DNA of 56,067 nucleotides. Source: Bacteroidales bacterium (GTDB taxonomy: Bacteria; Bacteroidota; Bacteroidia; Bacteroidales; Muribaculaceae). Below are positions 29,252 to 39,013 of the stretch, piece after piece. The notes beneath the pieces were generated by a model, which saw nothing but the letters and a program-made list of their open reading frames with translations, was not told the origin of the DNA and did not search any database. Where the stretch lies: the NCBI GenBank assembly GCA_022768005.1, contig JALEMF010000065.1, forward strand, positions 1-56,067. Direction: 5' to 3'. The position numbers and the translations under genes are program-made. Position 1 is the first letter of the stretch. Every line of letters begins with the position of its first letter.

Positions 29252-30372
29252 ACAATATTCCGTTTCTAAATCTGGGAAAGGTAAATGAACCGTATTTTGA
29301 ACGGTTTGCAGCAGCCACGGAGCGAATAATCCGTTCCGGGAGATACATCGGAGGCGAAGATTGTACCTCTTTTGAAACAAAACTTGCTGAAACAGTCGGT
29401 TGCAAATATTGTATAGGAGTGAGCAACGGCCTCGATGCACTCAAACTGATAATCGAGGGCTACAAGGCGCTTGGCATCTTTCACGCAGGTGATGAAATAA
29501 TAGCCCCTGCTAACACTTACGTTGCTTCAATCCTCGCAATATCCGAAGCAGGACTCGTGCCTGTACTTGTAGAGCCGGATATTGACACTATGAACATCGA
29601 CAGCACCCAAATCGAAGCTGCAGTAACCGACCGCACACGAGGAATAATGACTGTACACCTATACGGCAGGGTAGCATACGACACTTCAATGGCAGAAATT
29701 GCCACGAAATACGGCTTAAAAATAATTGAAGATAATGCACAAGCCATAGGTGCTGTGTCAGAAATCCAAGGTACGAACTCGGACAAAGCCGGGGGACTCG
29801 GTGATGCGGCAGCTTTCAGTTTTTACCCAACAAAAAATATCGGAGCGCTCGGCGATGCCGGTGCCGTCACCACTTCCGATAAAGACCTTGCCGATGCAGT
29901 GAGAGCGATAGCAAACTATGGTTCGGACAGACGTTACCATAACATTTATATCGGCTATAACTGCCGCCTTGACCCTATACAAGCAGCAATCCTCAGCATT
30001 AAACTTGACGATTTGGGACAAATATCAGAACATAGACAAGCTATTGCTACTGTTTACGATAAAAAAATTCTTAATCCAAAAGTCAAAAAGCCGGAAATAC
30101 CCGCATTTGCCAAAAGTCACGTATGGCATCAGTACGTGATTCGCACTGAAAAGCGCGACGAACTCCGCCAATTCCTGACAGAAAACGGTATTGGCAGCGA
30201 TATAAACTACCCTACTCCTCCACATCTACAACCTTGCTACATTAACACTCTCGGCAAGAAGCAATTCCCAATAGCGGAACAAATCTCTAAAACGTGTCTG
30301 TCACTCCCAATTTCAAATGTTATTGACGCAGATACGGCAACAATAATAGCTGAAGTCCTAAATAATTATTAA
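29248..30372 (+). CDS. DegT/DnrJ/EryC1/StrS-family PLP aminotransferase (FdtB/QdtB-like dTDP-3-keto-sugar transaminase)
   Basis: 374 aa. ATGA overlap with the preceding gene and an FYPTKNIGALGDAGA PLP-lysine region. Confidence 0.85.
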   Translation: MNNIPFLNLGKVNEPYFERFAAATERIIRSGRYIGGEDCTSFETKLAETVGCKYCIGVSNGLDALKLIIEGYKALGIFHAGDEIIAPANTYVASILAISEAGLVPVLVEPDIDTMNIDSTQIEAAVTDRTRGIMTVHLYGRVAYDTSMAEIATKYGLKIIEDNAQAIGAVSEIQGTNSDKAGGLGDAAAFSFYPTKNIGALGDAGAVTTSDKDLADAVRAIANYGSDRRYHNIYIGYNCRLDPIQAAILSIKLDDLGQISEHRQAIATVYDKKILNPKVKKPEIPAFAKSHVWHQYVIRTEKRDELRQFLTENGIGSDINYPTPPHLQPCYINTLGKKQFPIAEQISKTCLSLPISNVIDADTATIIAEVLNNY

Positions 30373-30399
30373 AATTGTTGTCCGATTAAAGAACTTCAT

Positions 30400-30435
30400 A
30401 AAAGGGCTAAAAAGGCTAAAAAGTCTGCAAAGGTA
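30400..30435 (+). repeat. A/G-rich 9-nt tandem motif (aaaagggct aaaaaggct aaaaagtct gcaaaggta)
   Basis: Read directly from the sequence. Related motifs occur at 38547..38597 and 51875..51959. Confidence 0.5.
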
Positions 30436-30955
30436 CGGCAGCAAGGCTTTACAAACAAATTAAGCGGAGAAAGAAGCCTCTATCGGCAATTTTATGGAAA
30501 AGTGTAGTTTTGGAAGGCTATTATTATGGAAAGTGTAAATACATTTAATAAGTCTTTGATAACAAAGAATTTACGCTTACACAAAAAAGGAAGATTTATC
30601 ATCTGTGTGATACACCTTCCAGTAAAAATAGTTTCAATAAATTTCAATTAAAAATGAGTTTATTTGTCATAAACTCTGGCGCAGGTATTGAAATACCATT
30701 CAACCGCCTTTTCAAGTAATTTTATCATAGGATTACGTATTAAATTACACATCAGCAAAGTCATCTCATTGACTTGCCTCATATCTCAAGCACTCTTGCT
30801 TGATTTAATAGATGTTTCCGAGATTTGTTGCCACAAAGGTATAAACAAATTTCAAGATATGCTATAAAAGTATGTTATTTAACATATTTATCACCTAAAA
30901 AGTTCATTTTTACTCAAAAATTCGCAAAAAAAATCAAAATGACGCAAATAAATAG

Positions 30956-30963
30956 TAACTTTG
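30956..30963 (+). promoter_or_regulatory. -7 box TAACTTTG
   Basis: Lies 68 nt upstream of the ATG at 31032. Confidence 0.5.
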
Positions 30964-31031
30964 CGTAAGGTGAAGGAGAGTAGCCTGATACAAAGCAAAA
31001 TAATTCACAATAACATATAAATAACAATCCA

Positions 31032-33152
31032 ATGAAGCATAAATTCTTAAAAATGGCGGCAATCTCTTGTATGGGAATAGTAGCCCTAACTTCATGCGGA
31101 GGTAAAGAAGAAGCGGCAAATCCGTTTTTGACTGCTTACAACACTCCTTACGAAATACCTCCATTCGAACAAATCAAGCCCGAGCATTACCTTCCGGCTC
31201 TCAAGGCAGGCATTGAACAGCAAAATGCTCAGATTGACTCTATCGTGAACAATCCGGAGACACCGACCTTTGAAAACACAGTACTCGCTTACGAAGAATC
31301 AGGCGAAATACTCACCAAAGTGGAAATGGTGTTCTTTGCTCTCACTGAGTCAGATTCATCAGACGAACTCGTAAAAGTGGCTGAAGAATTCGAACCGCTC
31401 GTATCTCAGCACAATGACGAGATTTCAATGAATGCAAAACTTTTCGAACGCTTTAAATACCTCTACGACAGAGTAGATTCTCTCGGACTTGACACTGCTC
31501 AAAAACGTGCCGTAAAAAGTTATTACAAAAACTTCACCCGCAACGGTGCGCTCCTTAGCGATGCAGATAAAGAAAAACTCAAAAAGCTGAATACGGAACT
31601 TACCACTCTTTACCAGCAATTCAACAAAAATCTTCTTAACGCTACAAACGAGTTCCAACTCGTAGTGGATAAAAAAGAAGACCTTGCAGGACTTCCGCAG
31701 TCAAACATCGACGTTGCTGCAGAAGATGCAGAAAAAGCAGGTCTTAAAGGCAAATGGCTGTTCACACTTCACGCACCGAGCCGTCTGCCGCTCCTTCAAT
31801 ATGCCGAGAACCGCGATTTACGCCAAAAGATGTACGAAGGCTACACAAGCCTCGCTTCATCAGGTCAATACGACAATGCTCCCGTAATCAACAAAATCCT
31901 CAAAGTGCGTGCTGAAAAGGCAAAACTTCTCGGATTCGAAAACTTCGGTTCTTATATGACTGACAATGTAATGGCAGGAAGCATCGAAAATGCTGAAAAC
32001 CTCCTTATGAAAATATGGAAACCGGCTATTGCAAAAGTTAAGGAAGAAGTAGCAGAAATGCAAGCTATCGTAGATGCTGAAGGCGGCAACTTCAAGATTG
32101 CACCTTGGGACTACTACTATTATGCTGAAAAGGTTCGCCAAAAGAAATACAATTTGGAAGAAAGCAAAGTGCGTGAATACTTCCCACTCGACTCTGTTCG
32201 CAAAGGTATCTTCACTATGGCACAAAAACTTTACGGTATCACTTTCACTGAAATGCCTGATGCACCGAAATACAATCCTGAGGTTGTTGTTTACGATGTA
32301 AAAGATGCGCAAGGTAATCACTTGGCTGTGTTTATGACAGACTATTTCCCGCGTGCTTCAAAACGCCAGGGTGCATGGATGAGCGAATTTAAAGGCTCTT
32401 ACACGGATCGCGACGGAAAATCTTCTCGTCCTATTATATACAACGTAGGTAACTTCTCAAAACCTGTAGGCGACACTCCATCACTCTTGACACTTGACGA
32501 AGTGGAAACAACATTCCACGAATTCGGTCACGCACTTCACGGAATGCTCAGCAAAGTGGCACTTCGCAGCCAAGCCGGCACAAACGTTGACCGTGACTTC
32601 GTAGAACTTCCTTCACAAATCCACGAACATTGGGCACTCGTACCGGAATTGCTCAAAGTGTATGCTCACCACTATAAAACAGGTGAAGTAATTCCTGACG
32701 AAATGGTGGAAAAACTTACAGCCGCAGCAAATCACAATCAAGGTTTTGCAACAACAGAACTTGTAGGCGCAGCACTACTTGACCTCCAATACGGCAAACT
32801 TAACCCTACTGAAGATATTGACATTGCAGCGTTTGAAAAGAAAGTGGCACAAGACCTCAATATGCCTGCTGAAATCCAATTCCGCTACCGCAGTCCATAC
32901 TTCAAGCACATCTTCGGCAGTGACGGTTACGCATCAGGCTACTACACATACTTATGGGCAGAAGTACTTGACTGTGACTGTTTTGAATTATTCCAGGAAA
33001 AGGGTGTCTTTGACCCTGAAACAGCTAAGTCATTCAAAGAAAATATTCTTGAAAAAGGTGACAGCGAAGACCCGATGACCCTCTTTGTACGTTTCCGCGG
33101 ACACCAACCTGACGCAGACGCTCTTCTCCGTAATCGTGGCTTGATTAAATAA
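31032..33152 (+). CDS. dcp: M3-family peptidyl-dipeptidase (Dcp-like), lipoprotein signal
   Basis: 706 aa. Signal ending LTSCGG and zinc motif HEFGHALH. Confidence 0.9.
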   Translation: MKHKFLKMAAISCMGIVALTSCGGKEEAANPFLTAYNTPYEIPPFEQIKPEHYLPALKAGIEQQNAQIDSIVNNPETPTFENTVLAYEESGEILTKVEMVFFALTESDSSDELVKVAEEFEPLVSQHNDEISMNAKLFERFKYLYDRVDSLGLDTAQKRAVKSYYKNFTRNGALLSDADKEKLKKLNTELTTLYQQFNKNLLNATNEFQLVVDKKEDLAGLPQSNIDVAAEDAEKAGLKGKWLFTLHAPSRLPLLQYAENRDLRQKMYEGYTSLASSGQYDNAPVINKILKVRAEKAKLLGFENFGSYMTDNVMAGSIENAENLLMKIWKPAIAKVKEEVAEMQAIVDAEGGNFKIAPWDYYYYAEKVRQKKYNLEESKVREYFPLDSVRKGIFTMAQKLYGITFTEMPDAPKYNPEVVVYDVKDAQGNHLAVFMTDYFPRASKRQGAWMSEFKGSYTDRDGKSSRPIIYNVGNFSKPVGDTPSLLTLDEVETTFHEFGHALHGMLSKVALRSQAGTNVDRDFVELPSQIHEHWALVPELLKVYAHHYKTGEVIPDEMVEKLTAAANHNQGFATTELVGAALLDLQYGKLNPTEDIDIAAFEKKVAQDLNMPAEIQFRYRSPYFKHIFGSDGYASGYYTYLWAEVLDCDCFELFQEKGVFDPETAKSFKENILEKGDSEDPMTLFVRFRGHQPDADALLRNRGLIK

Positions 33153-33177
33153 TCATTTTACAAGATATCAAACTAAA

Positions 33178-33210
33178 AGCCGCATCGCAAAATCCGATGC
33201 GGCTTTTTCA
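33178..33210 (+). terminator. intrinsic terminator
   Basis: gccgcatcg-caaaatc-cgatgcggc hairpin followed by T5. Confidence 0.8.
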
Positions 33211-33417
33211 TTTATAATTGTCTGAATATTTCAGAATTAAGGACAATGCCAATATGGTCACAGTAGGAATTGCATACGATATGAATTGGGGAAAATCTTA
33301 TAAGACAGGAAAAAGAGGATTAATAATTCAGACAACGTAGATGGTATAGTAAAATAAAAGAAGCGCTGATAAAAAATACTGAATCAAAAAGTGTGTGTAG
33401 ATTCTTCTGTCTATGGG

Positions 33418-33426
33418 CAAATTCGA
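33418..33426. repeat. target-site duplication CAAATTCGA of element copy B
   Basis: 8/9 match to CAAATTCAA at 33827..33835, directly abutting the other element end. Confidence 0.65.
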
Positions 33427-33826
33427 CACGGCTCTTTCATTTAAGAATATACAGTAGAGTTAGTAAGAAGACAACTTTTTCAGGGGAACTCTGAAACATT
33501 CGATTGTAAGCAACTCAGGGTAAGCACTTTGTAAGCCACTCTGAGATAGCCATATATATTGTGGGCGCACCTCTGAAACAGTGCGTTCTGTAAAAGAATC
33601 AGGATTTTTTCATTAAATATTTATTACAGACCGTGCATCTCCGAAGCACGATTATATCGGAAGTTTGCCTATCACCGGGTGGCGCACTAAATGCTTACGC
33701 ATTAAGTGCTTACCGGGTGTTTCTTACAGCCGAGCCTCGCCGAGGCTCCCTGATGATACAGTCTTTACCTGCTTTCATTTATAAAAAATTATATCAATAT
33801 CTTCTACTTTAAATGAAAGAGCTGCG
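33427..33826 (-). mobile_element. foldback MITE-like non-autonomous element, copy B (400 bp), inverted relative to copy A
   Basis: Ends CACGGCTCTTTCATTTAA and (reverse complement) CGCAGCTCTTTCATTTAAA. Its reverse complement is collinear with copy A and includes an identical 35-mer (33723..33757 vs 13081..13115). No ORF. Confidence 0.72.
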
Positions 33827-33835
33827 CAAATTCAA
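33827..33835. repeat. target-site duplication CAAATTCAA of element copy B
   Basis: 8/9 match to 33418..33426. Confidence 0.65.
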
Positions 33836-33877
33836 TAATAAAAAAATAAAAGCAAGTAAATATCACGCAAAAATAAG

Positions 33878-33885
33878 TAACTTTG
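33878..33885 (+). promoter_or_regulatory. -7 box TAACTTTG
   Basis: Lies 37 nt upstream of the ATG at 33923. Confidence 0.55.
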
Positions 33886-33922
33886 CAAGTGAAAAGGAAA
33901 AAGATTCATTATAGACAGATTA

Positions 33923-34909
33923 ATGATTGAAAGAATAGTAATCATAGACAACGTTGACCCGGTGACATTTTACGGTGTCAATAATTGTAATATGCTTCTT
34001 CTGAGAAATTTATATCCCAAGTTGAGGATTGCTGCTCGCGGCTCTATCATCAAGGTGATAGGCGATGAGGAGGAGACTTCGGAATTTGAAGCAAAAGTAA
34101 AAGAACTTGAACAATACTGCGTTAAATACAATAAACTGACTGAAGAGGTTATTCTCGACGTTGTTAAGGGTAGCGGCGCAAAGGAGATGAAAAAGGACGA
34201 TGTGATAATTTACGGCGTCAATGGTAAGCCTATCTCCGGACGTACCCAAAATCAACAGTTACTCGTAGAAACTTTTCAAAACAATGATTTGACCTTTGCT
34301 CTCGGTCCTGCAGGAACGGGTAAAACTTATATTGCTATTGCACTGGCTGTGAGAGCATTGAAAAATCGTGAAGTACGTAAAATAATTCTTTCAAGACCGG
34401 CTGTGGAGGCAGGTGAAAAGCTCGGGTTCCTTCCCGGTGATATGAAAGACAAGATAGACCCGTATCTTCAACCGCTGTATGATGCTCTTGAAGATATGAT
34501 ACCTCAAGTAAAACTGAAGGAGTATATGGAGACGAAAGTTATCCAGATAGCCCCTTTGGCTTTTATGCGCGGTAGAACCCTTAACGATGCAGTCATAGTG
34601 CTTGACGAGGCTCAAAACACAACTATCCACCAGATAAAAATGTTTCTGACACGTATGGGTATGAATGCCAAGATGATAATTACCGGTGACGTGACTCAGA
34701 TTGACTTACCTCGCACCACTGCTTCAGGACTTATGCATGCGCTTAAAGTGCTGAGAAACGTGAAAGGCATCGGAAAAGTTGAATTCGGCAAGAAGGACAT
34801 CGTGAGACACCCTCTCGTACAGCGAATAGTAGAAGCGTACGAGAAATATCATGATGAGCCCGATGACTTCCGTGACGAAATATCTGCACATAAACAAGAT
34901 AACAAATAA
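33923..34909 (+). CDS. phoH: PhoH-family ATPase
   Basis: 328 aa. Walker A GPAGTGKT and the PhoH C-terminal pattern. Confidence 0.92.
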   Translation: MIERIVIIDNVDPVTFYGVNNCNMLLLRNLYPKLRIAARGSIIKVIGDEEETSEFEAKVKELEQYCVKYNKLTEEVILDVVKGSGAKEMKKDDVIIYGVNGKPISGRTQNQQLLVETFQNNDLTFALGPAGTGKTYIAIALAVRALKNREVRKIILSRPAVEAGEKLGFLPGDMKDKIDPYLQPLYDALEDMIPQVKLKEYMETKVIQIAPLAFMRGRTLNDAVIVLDEAQNTTIHQIKMFLTRMGMNAKMIITGDVTQIDLPRTTASGLMHALKVLRNVKGIGKVEFGKKDIVRHPLVQRIVEAYEKYHDEPDDFRDEISAHKQDNK

Positions 34910-34943
34910 CAAAATCAAGTATTACCAAATTAAGTTTTTCACT

Positions 34944-35900
34944 ATGTCTCAAACTGTTACAAACACTGACTTCAATTTTCAAGGACAAACAAGCGTGTAT
35001 CACGGCAAGGTTCGTGACGTTTACACCATCAATGACGACATCATGGTGATGATTGCCACTGACCGCATTTCCGCCTTTGACGTTATTCTGCCTAAGGGAA
35101 TACCTTTCAAGGGACAAGTACTGAACCAAATAGCCGGCTACTTCCTTGATGCTACGGCAGACATCGTCCCTAACTGGAAAATAGAGTCACCGGACCCAAT
35201 GGTAACAGTTGGCTATAAATGTGAAGGGTTCAGAGTGGAAATGATAATCCGCGGCTACCTCACGGGAAGTGCCTGGAGAGAATACAAAGCCGGAGCGAGA
35301 GAACTCTGCGGAGTGAAACTGCCTGAAGGAATGAAAGAAAATGAGAAATTTCCTCAGCCTGTCATCACCCCTACCACTAAAGCCGATGCAGGACATGATG
35401 AAAATATTTCCCGAGAGGAAATTATAGCGCGCGGCATCGTCTCAAAAGAAGATTATGAGACAATGGAGGCTTATACTCGCGCTCTATACGAACGCGGCTC
35501 TAAAATGGCTGCTGAAAAAGGGCTTATCCTTGTGGATACCAAATACGAGTTCGGCAAACGTGACGGAAAAGTAATCCTGATTGACGAAATCCACACTCCG
35601 GACTCCTCAAGATATTTTTACGCCGACGGTTACCAAGAACGATTTGAAAAAGGCGAGCCGCAGCGACAGTTATCAAAGGAATTTGTACGCCAATGGCTTA
35701 TAGAAAACGGCTTTATGGGTCAAGAAGGACAGACCGTGCCGGAAATGACCGAAGAATTCTGCAAATCCGTATCAGAAAGATATATCGAACTTTACGAGCA
35801 TATAACCGGAAAAAAATTCGTTTATTCCGACGATAACGTCAACGTAGCCGAAAGGATAAAGGAAAACATTGAAAAATGTTTAGTCCGACTCAAGAAGTAA
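34944..35900 (+). CDS. purC: phosphoribosylaminoimidazole-succinocarboxamide synthase
   Basis: 318 aa from [10 protein letters not shown]. The SAICAR synthetase pattern (GKVRDVY...ATDRISAFD) is present. The longer ORF start at 34851 overlaps phoH. Confidence 0.9.
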   Translation: MSQTVTNTDFNFQGQTSVYHGKVRDVYTINDDIMVMIATDRISAFDVILPKGIPFKGQVLNQIAGYFLDATADIVPNWKIESPDPMVTVGYKCEGFRVEMIIRGYLTGSAWREYKAGARELCGVKLPEGMKENEKFPQPVITPTTKADAGHDENISREEIIARGIVSKEDYETMEAYTRALYERGSKMAAEKGLILVDTKYEFGKRDGKVILIDEIHTPDSSRYFYADGYQERFEKGEPQRQLSKEFVRQWLIENGFMGQEGQTVPEMTEEFCKSVSERYIELYEHITGKKFVYSDDNVNVAERIKENIEKCLVRLKK

Positions 35901-35931
35901 TTAATCACTAACCATAAAAAATTTACCGACT

Positions 35932-36669
35932 TTGAACGACTGCGAAACTATAAATCCATACGACGGTGACACTCGCCCCAAAACAGAACAAGTCAGAGAT
36001 ATGTTTGACTCAATAGCCCCGGCATACGATTTTATGAACAGGGCTATGACTTTCGGCATAGACAAACTGTGGCGTGCAAAAGCGGTGAAGATGATTAAGA
36101 ATTTCAAGACTGAAAAAATTCTTGATATTGCTACCGGCACCGGTGACCTTGCTATCTTGCTGACAAAAAAACTGTCACCAAAAAAGTTAATCGGCATTGA
36201 CTTGTCAGAGCAAATGCTTGAAATCGGCAGAAAAAAAGTGGCACAGGCAGGACTTGACAATATTATTACCCTTGAGCAAGCAGACTGCATGAATCTGCCA
36301 TTTGAGAATAATACATTTGACTGTATCACAGTGGCATACGGAGTAAGAAACTTTGAGCATCTGGAGCAAGGTTATCGCGAGATGAACAGAGTGATAAAGC
36401 CGGGCGGAGTGCTATGCGTGATAGAACTGTCAACCCCAACCTCACCGCTTGTATTACCATTTTACAAAGCATATACTAAATGGATAATCCCGGCCGTAGG
36501 CAAAATGATATCCAAAGACGTCAGAGCATACTCGTATTTACCTGAAAGCATTGCAGCAGTGCCACAAGGAGAAAATATGTTGCAATTGATGAAAAACGCA
36601 GGTTTCAATAATTGCAAATACACTGCACTCACGTTCGGCACCTGTACTATATACTTAGCCGTAAAATAA
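35932..36669 (+). CDS. menG: demethylmenaquinone/ubiquinone C-methyltransferase (UbiE/MenG)
   Basis: 245 aa. MFDSIAPAYDFMN and SAM-binding LDIATGTGD. The TTG start is uncertain. Confidence 0.88.
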   Translation: MNDCETINPYDGDTRPKTEQVRDMFDSIAPAYDFMNRAMTFGIDKLWRAKAVKMIKNFKTEKILDIATGTGDLAILLTKKLSPKKLIGIDLSEQMLEIGRKKVAQAGLDNIITLEQADCMNLPFENNTFDCITVAYGVRNFEHLEQGYREMNRVIKPGGVLCVIELSTPTSPLVLPFYKAYTKWIIPAVGKMISKDVRAYSYLPESIAAVPQGENMLQLMKNAGFNNCKYTALTFGTCTIYLAVK

Positions 36670-36702
36670 TAATAGAAGCACATCATCACAATAAAGTAAT
36701 AT

Positions 36703-38529
36703 ATGAAAGAATTTTTTACAATACTGCGACGCTTTGTTCCACCATATAAAAAGTACTTGATACTTAGCATTATATTCAACATTTTATCAGCAATCCTGAC
36801 ATTGTTCTCCTTTGCAGTGATAATACCGATACTTGAGATGCTCTTTAAGGTGAAAGAAGCAACTTACGAGTTTATGCCGTTAGGTTCGGCATCACTTAAA
36901 GATGTGGTATTCAACAACTTCTATTACTATACCCAGGAGGCACTGAATATGTGGGGACAGTCCACTACCCTTGCCTTGCTCGCAGCATTGCTGATAGTGA
37001 TGACAGGCTTCAAGACCGGTGCAACATACCTCGCATCATACTTCGTAATCCCCATGCGTTCCGGAATCGTGAGAGATATACGAAACTACGTTTATGACAA
37101 AATAGTGACACTGCCTATATCTTTCTTCACCTCAGAGCGTAAAGGTGACGTTATGGCACGAATGAGCGGCGACGTGGCGGAAATTGAAAATTCCATTATG
37201 GCATCACTTGACATGATGTTCAAAAACCCTATTATGATAATAGTCTGCCTTACCACTATGATAGTGATTTCGTGGCAGTTGACAGTATTTGTGCTTATCC
37301 TCCTTCCTATAGCCGGCGGAATAATGGGAAAAGTGGGAAAAAAATTAAAGCGCAAATCCCTCAAGGGACAAAATCAATGGGGCGTACTGATGTCAATAAT
37401 CGAAGAATGTCTCGGAGGACTGCGAATAATCAAGGCATTTAATGCAGAAGAGAAGGTAAAACGCCGTTTTCATGAGGAAAATGATGAGTTTTACGACATT
37501 TCAAACTCTATAAACCGTCGTCAACAACTCGCCCACCCGATGAGCGAATTTTTAGGAACGATAGCCATCTCGATAGTGCTATGGTTCGGCGGTTCACTTA
37601 TCCTTGGAGGATACTCCACGATGAATGCAGCATCATTTATTTACTATATGGTGATATTTTACAGCATCATCAATCCGGCGAAAGACTTGTCAAAAGCAGT
37701 ATATTCAATCCAGAAAGGTCTTGCATCAATGGAGCGTATCGACAAGATTTTAAATGCCGATAACCCGATTAAAGACCCTGAGAAACCTGTAACAATAGAA
37801 AAACTTCACGGTGATATTTGCTACAACGGGATTTCTTTCAGTTACGGTGACCATGAAGTACTTCACGACATCAACCTTGACATTCCGGCAGGCGCAACAG
37901 TAGCATTAGTGGGACAGTCAGGTTCCGGGAAATCAACTCTTGCGGACTTGATACCACGCTTTTACGATGTAAACAAAGGAAGTATTACCATTGACGGTGT
38001 AGATATCCGCCAACTGAAGGTACACGACCTCCGCAGCTATATGGGTAATGTAAACCAAGAGGCTATACTCTTCAATGATACATTCTACAACAACATCACA
38101 TTCGGAGTCAAAGACGCCACTATGGAGCAAGTAATAGAGGCTGCAAAAATAGCGAATGCTCATGAATTCATAATGGAAAGTGAAAACGGATATGACACCA
38201 ATATCGGTGACCGCGGTTGCAGATTGTCCGGCGGTCAAAGACAGCGCATCTCAATAGCACGCGCAATCTTGAAAAATCCTCCAATTCTGATTCTTGACGA
38301 AGCCACTTCCGCTCTTGACTCAGAGAGCGAAAAACTTGTGCAAGAAGCACTTGACCGTCTTATGAAAGACCGCACCACCCTCGTTATCGCCCACCGTCTT
38401 TCAACAATCAAGAACGCTTCAATGATATGCGTACTTCACGAAGGCAGAATAGTGGAGTGCGGCACTCATGATGAGCTACTCGCTATGAACGGCTATTACC
38501 GCAGACTTGTGGATATGCAGAAATTCTAA
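36703..38529 (+). CDS. ABC exporter, fused permease/ATPase (MsbA-like)
   Basis: 608 aa. 6-TM domain, Walker A GQSGSGKST, signature LSGGQRQR and Walker B ILILDEATS. Confidence 0.9.
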   Translation: MKEFFTILRRFVPPYKKYLILSIIFNILSAILTLFSFAVIIPILEMLFKVKEATYEFMPLGSASLKDVVFNNFYYYTQEALNMWGQSTTLALLAALLIVMTGFKTGATYLASYFVIPMRSGIVRDIRNYVYDKIVTLPISFFTSERKGDVMARMSGDVAEIENSIMASLDMMFKNPIMIIVCLTTMIVISWQLTVFVLILLPIAGGIMGKVGKKLKRKSLKGQNQWGVLMSIIEECLGGLRIIKAFNAEEKVKRRFHEENDEFYDISNSINRRQQLAHPMSEFLGTIAISIVLWFGGSLILGGYSTMNAASFIYYMVIFYSIINPAKDLSKAVYSIQKGLASMERIDKILNADNPIKDPEKPVTIEKLHGDICYNGISFSYGDHEVLHDINLDIPAGATVALVGQSGSGKSTLADLIPRFYDVNKGSITIDGVDIRQLKVHDLRSYMGNVNQEAILFNDTFYNNITFGVKDATMEQVIEAAKIANAHEFIMESENGYDTNIGDRGCRLSGGQRQRISIARAILKNPPILILDEATSALDSESEKLVQEALDRLMKDRTTLVIAHRLSTIKNASMICVLHEGRIVECGTHDELLAMNGYYRRLVDMQKF

Positions 38530-38546
38530 AAAGATTTATAAAATAT

Positions 38547-38597
38547 AAAGGGTCAAAGAGGGCTGAAAAGGCTAAAACGAAGAAATAGCCCTTTGAG
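38547..38597 (+). repeat. A/G-rich motif (aaagggtc aaagagggct gaaaaggct aaaacg...) forming an imperfect hairpin agggct/agccct
   Basis: Read directly from the sequence. It is followed by gTTTT and may double as the terminator of the ABC gene. Confidence 0.45.
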
Positions 38598-38653
38598 TTT
38601 TCAACAAACTATTTACACCATTCTTTGACAAAATTGTTTTTCAGGCAGAATAT

Positions 38654-38878
38654 TCAATGACTATTTCTACATTGTAATATACCTCTTGTCATTTCTTCTT
38701 TGATACCACCATTTTCGAGAAAATCTTTTTTGATGCTCTCAAAGTAGCGTTTAATGAGATAATCGGTTTGTCGAATAAGAATAATGGCAATATTTGCAAT
38801 GGTCTCATCAGTTCGAATTTTAATTGCGTCTTGATAATATTCAGTACCATTATGAACACAAAAAATCCTGCAAAACAT
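38654..38878 (-). pseudogene. C-terminal remnant of a four-helix-bundle protein (suffix-domain type, 23S-IVS protein family)
   Basis: ..ETIANIAIILIRQTDYLIKRYFESIKKDFLENGGIKEEMTRGIL.. resembles the conserved ..LI.Q.NYLLD.Q...LE..FL..GG..E.. suffix domain. Only about 74 codons remain, and the longer ORF runs into tRNA-Leu. Confidence 0.5.
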
Positions 38879-38897
38879 TTGTTTTACAGGATTTCTG

Positions 38898-38981
38898 TGC
38901 TCGAAGCGGGACTCGAACCCGCACAGCCGCAATGGCCAAGGGATTTTAAGTCCCTCGTGTCTACCATTCCACCATTCGAGC
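38898..38981 (-). tRNA. tRNA-Leu (anticodon UAA)
   Basis: Reverse complement GCTCGAA...AGGGA-CTTAAAA-TCCCT...long variable arm...GCGGG-TTCGAGT-CCCGC-TTCGAGC-A. Length 84 nt. Confidence 0.92.
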
Positions 38982-39013
38982 ATCTCATTGCCCTAAAACC
39001 GGGAATTCGACCG

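Noticed and set aside
33213-33340. A 10-bp inverted repeat ttgtctgaat/attcagacaa spaced about 100 nt apart, downstream of the dcp terminator.
   Set aside because: It is short, lies in an AT-rich context and has no flanking promoter or terminator signal. The evidence is insufficient to call an sRNA or element.
13007-33835. The two inverted element copies might delimit a 20-kb composite transposon or an invertible segment.
   Set aside because: Each copy has its own, different 9-bp duplication, which indicates independent insertions. The copies are too diverged for efficient homologous recombination apart from a single 35-mer. The enclosed genes are core housekeeping (serS, rluD, tRNA-Arg, rfbAB, dcp).
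38654-38983. A 109-aa minus-strand ORF.
   Set aside because: Its first 29 codons or so are the reverse complement of tRNA-Leu. Only the C-terminal part, annotated as a remnant, is plausible.
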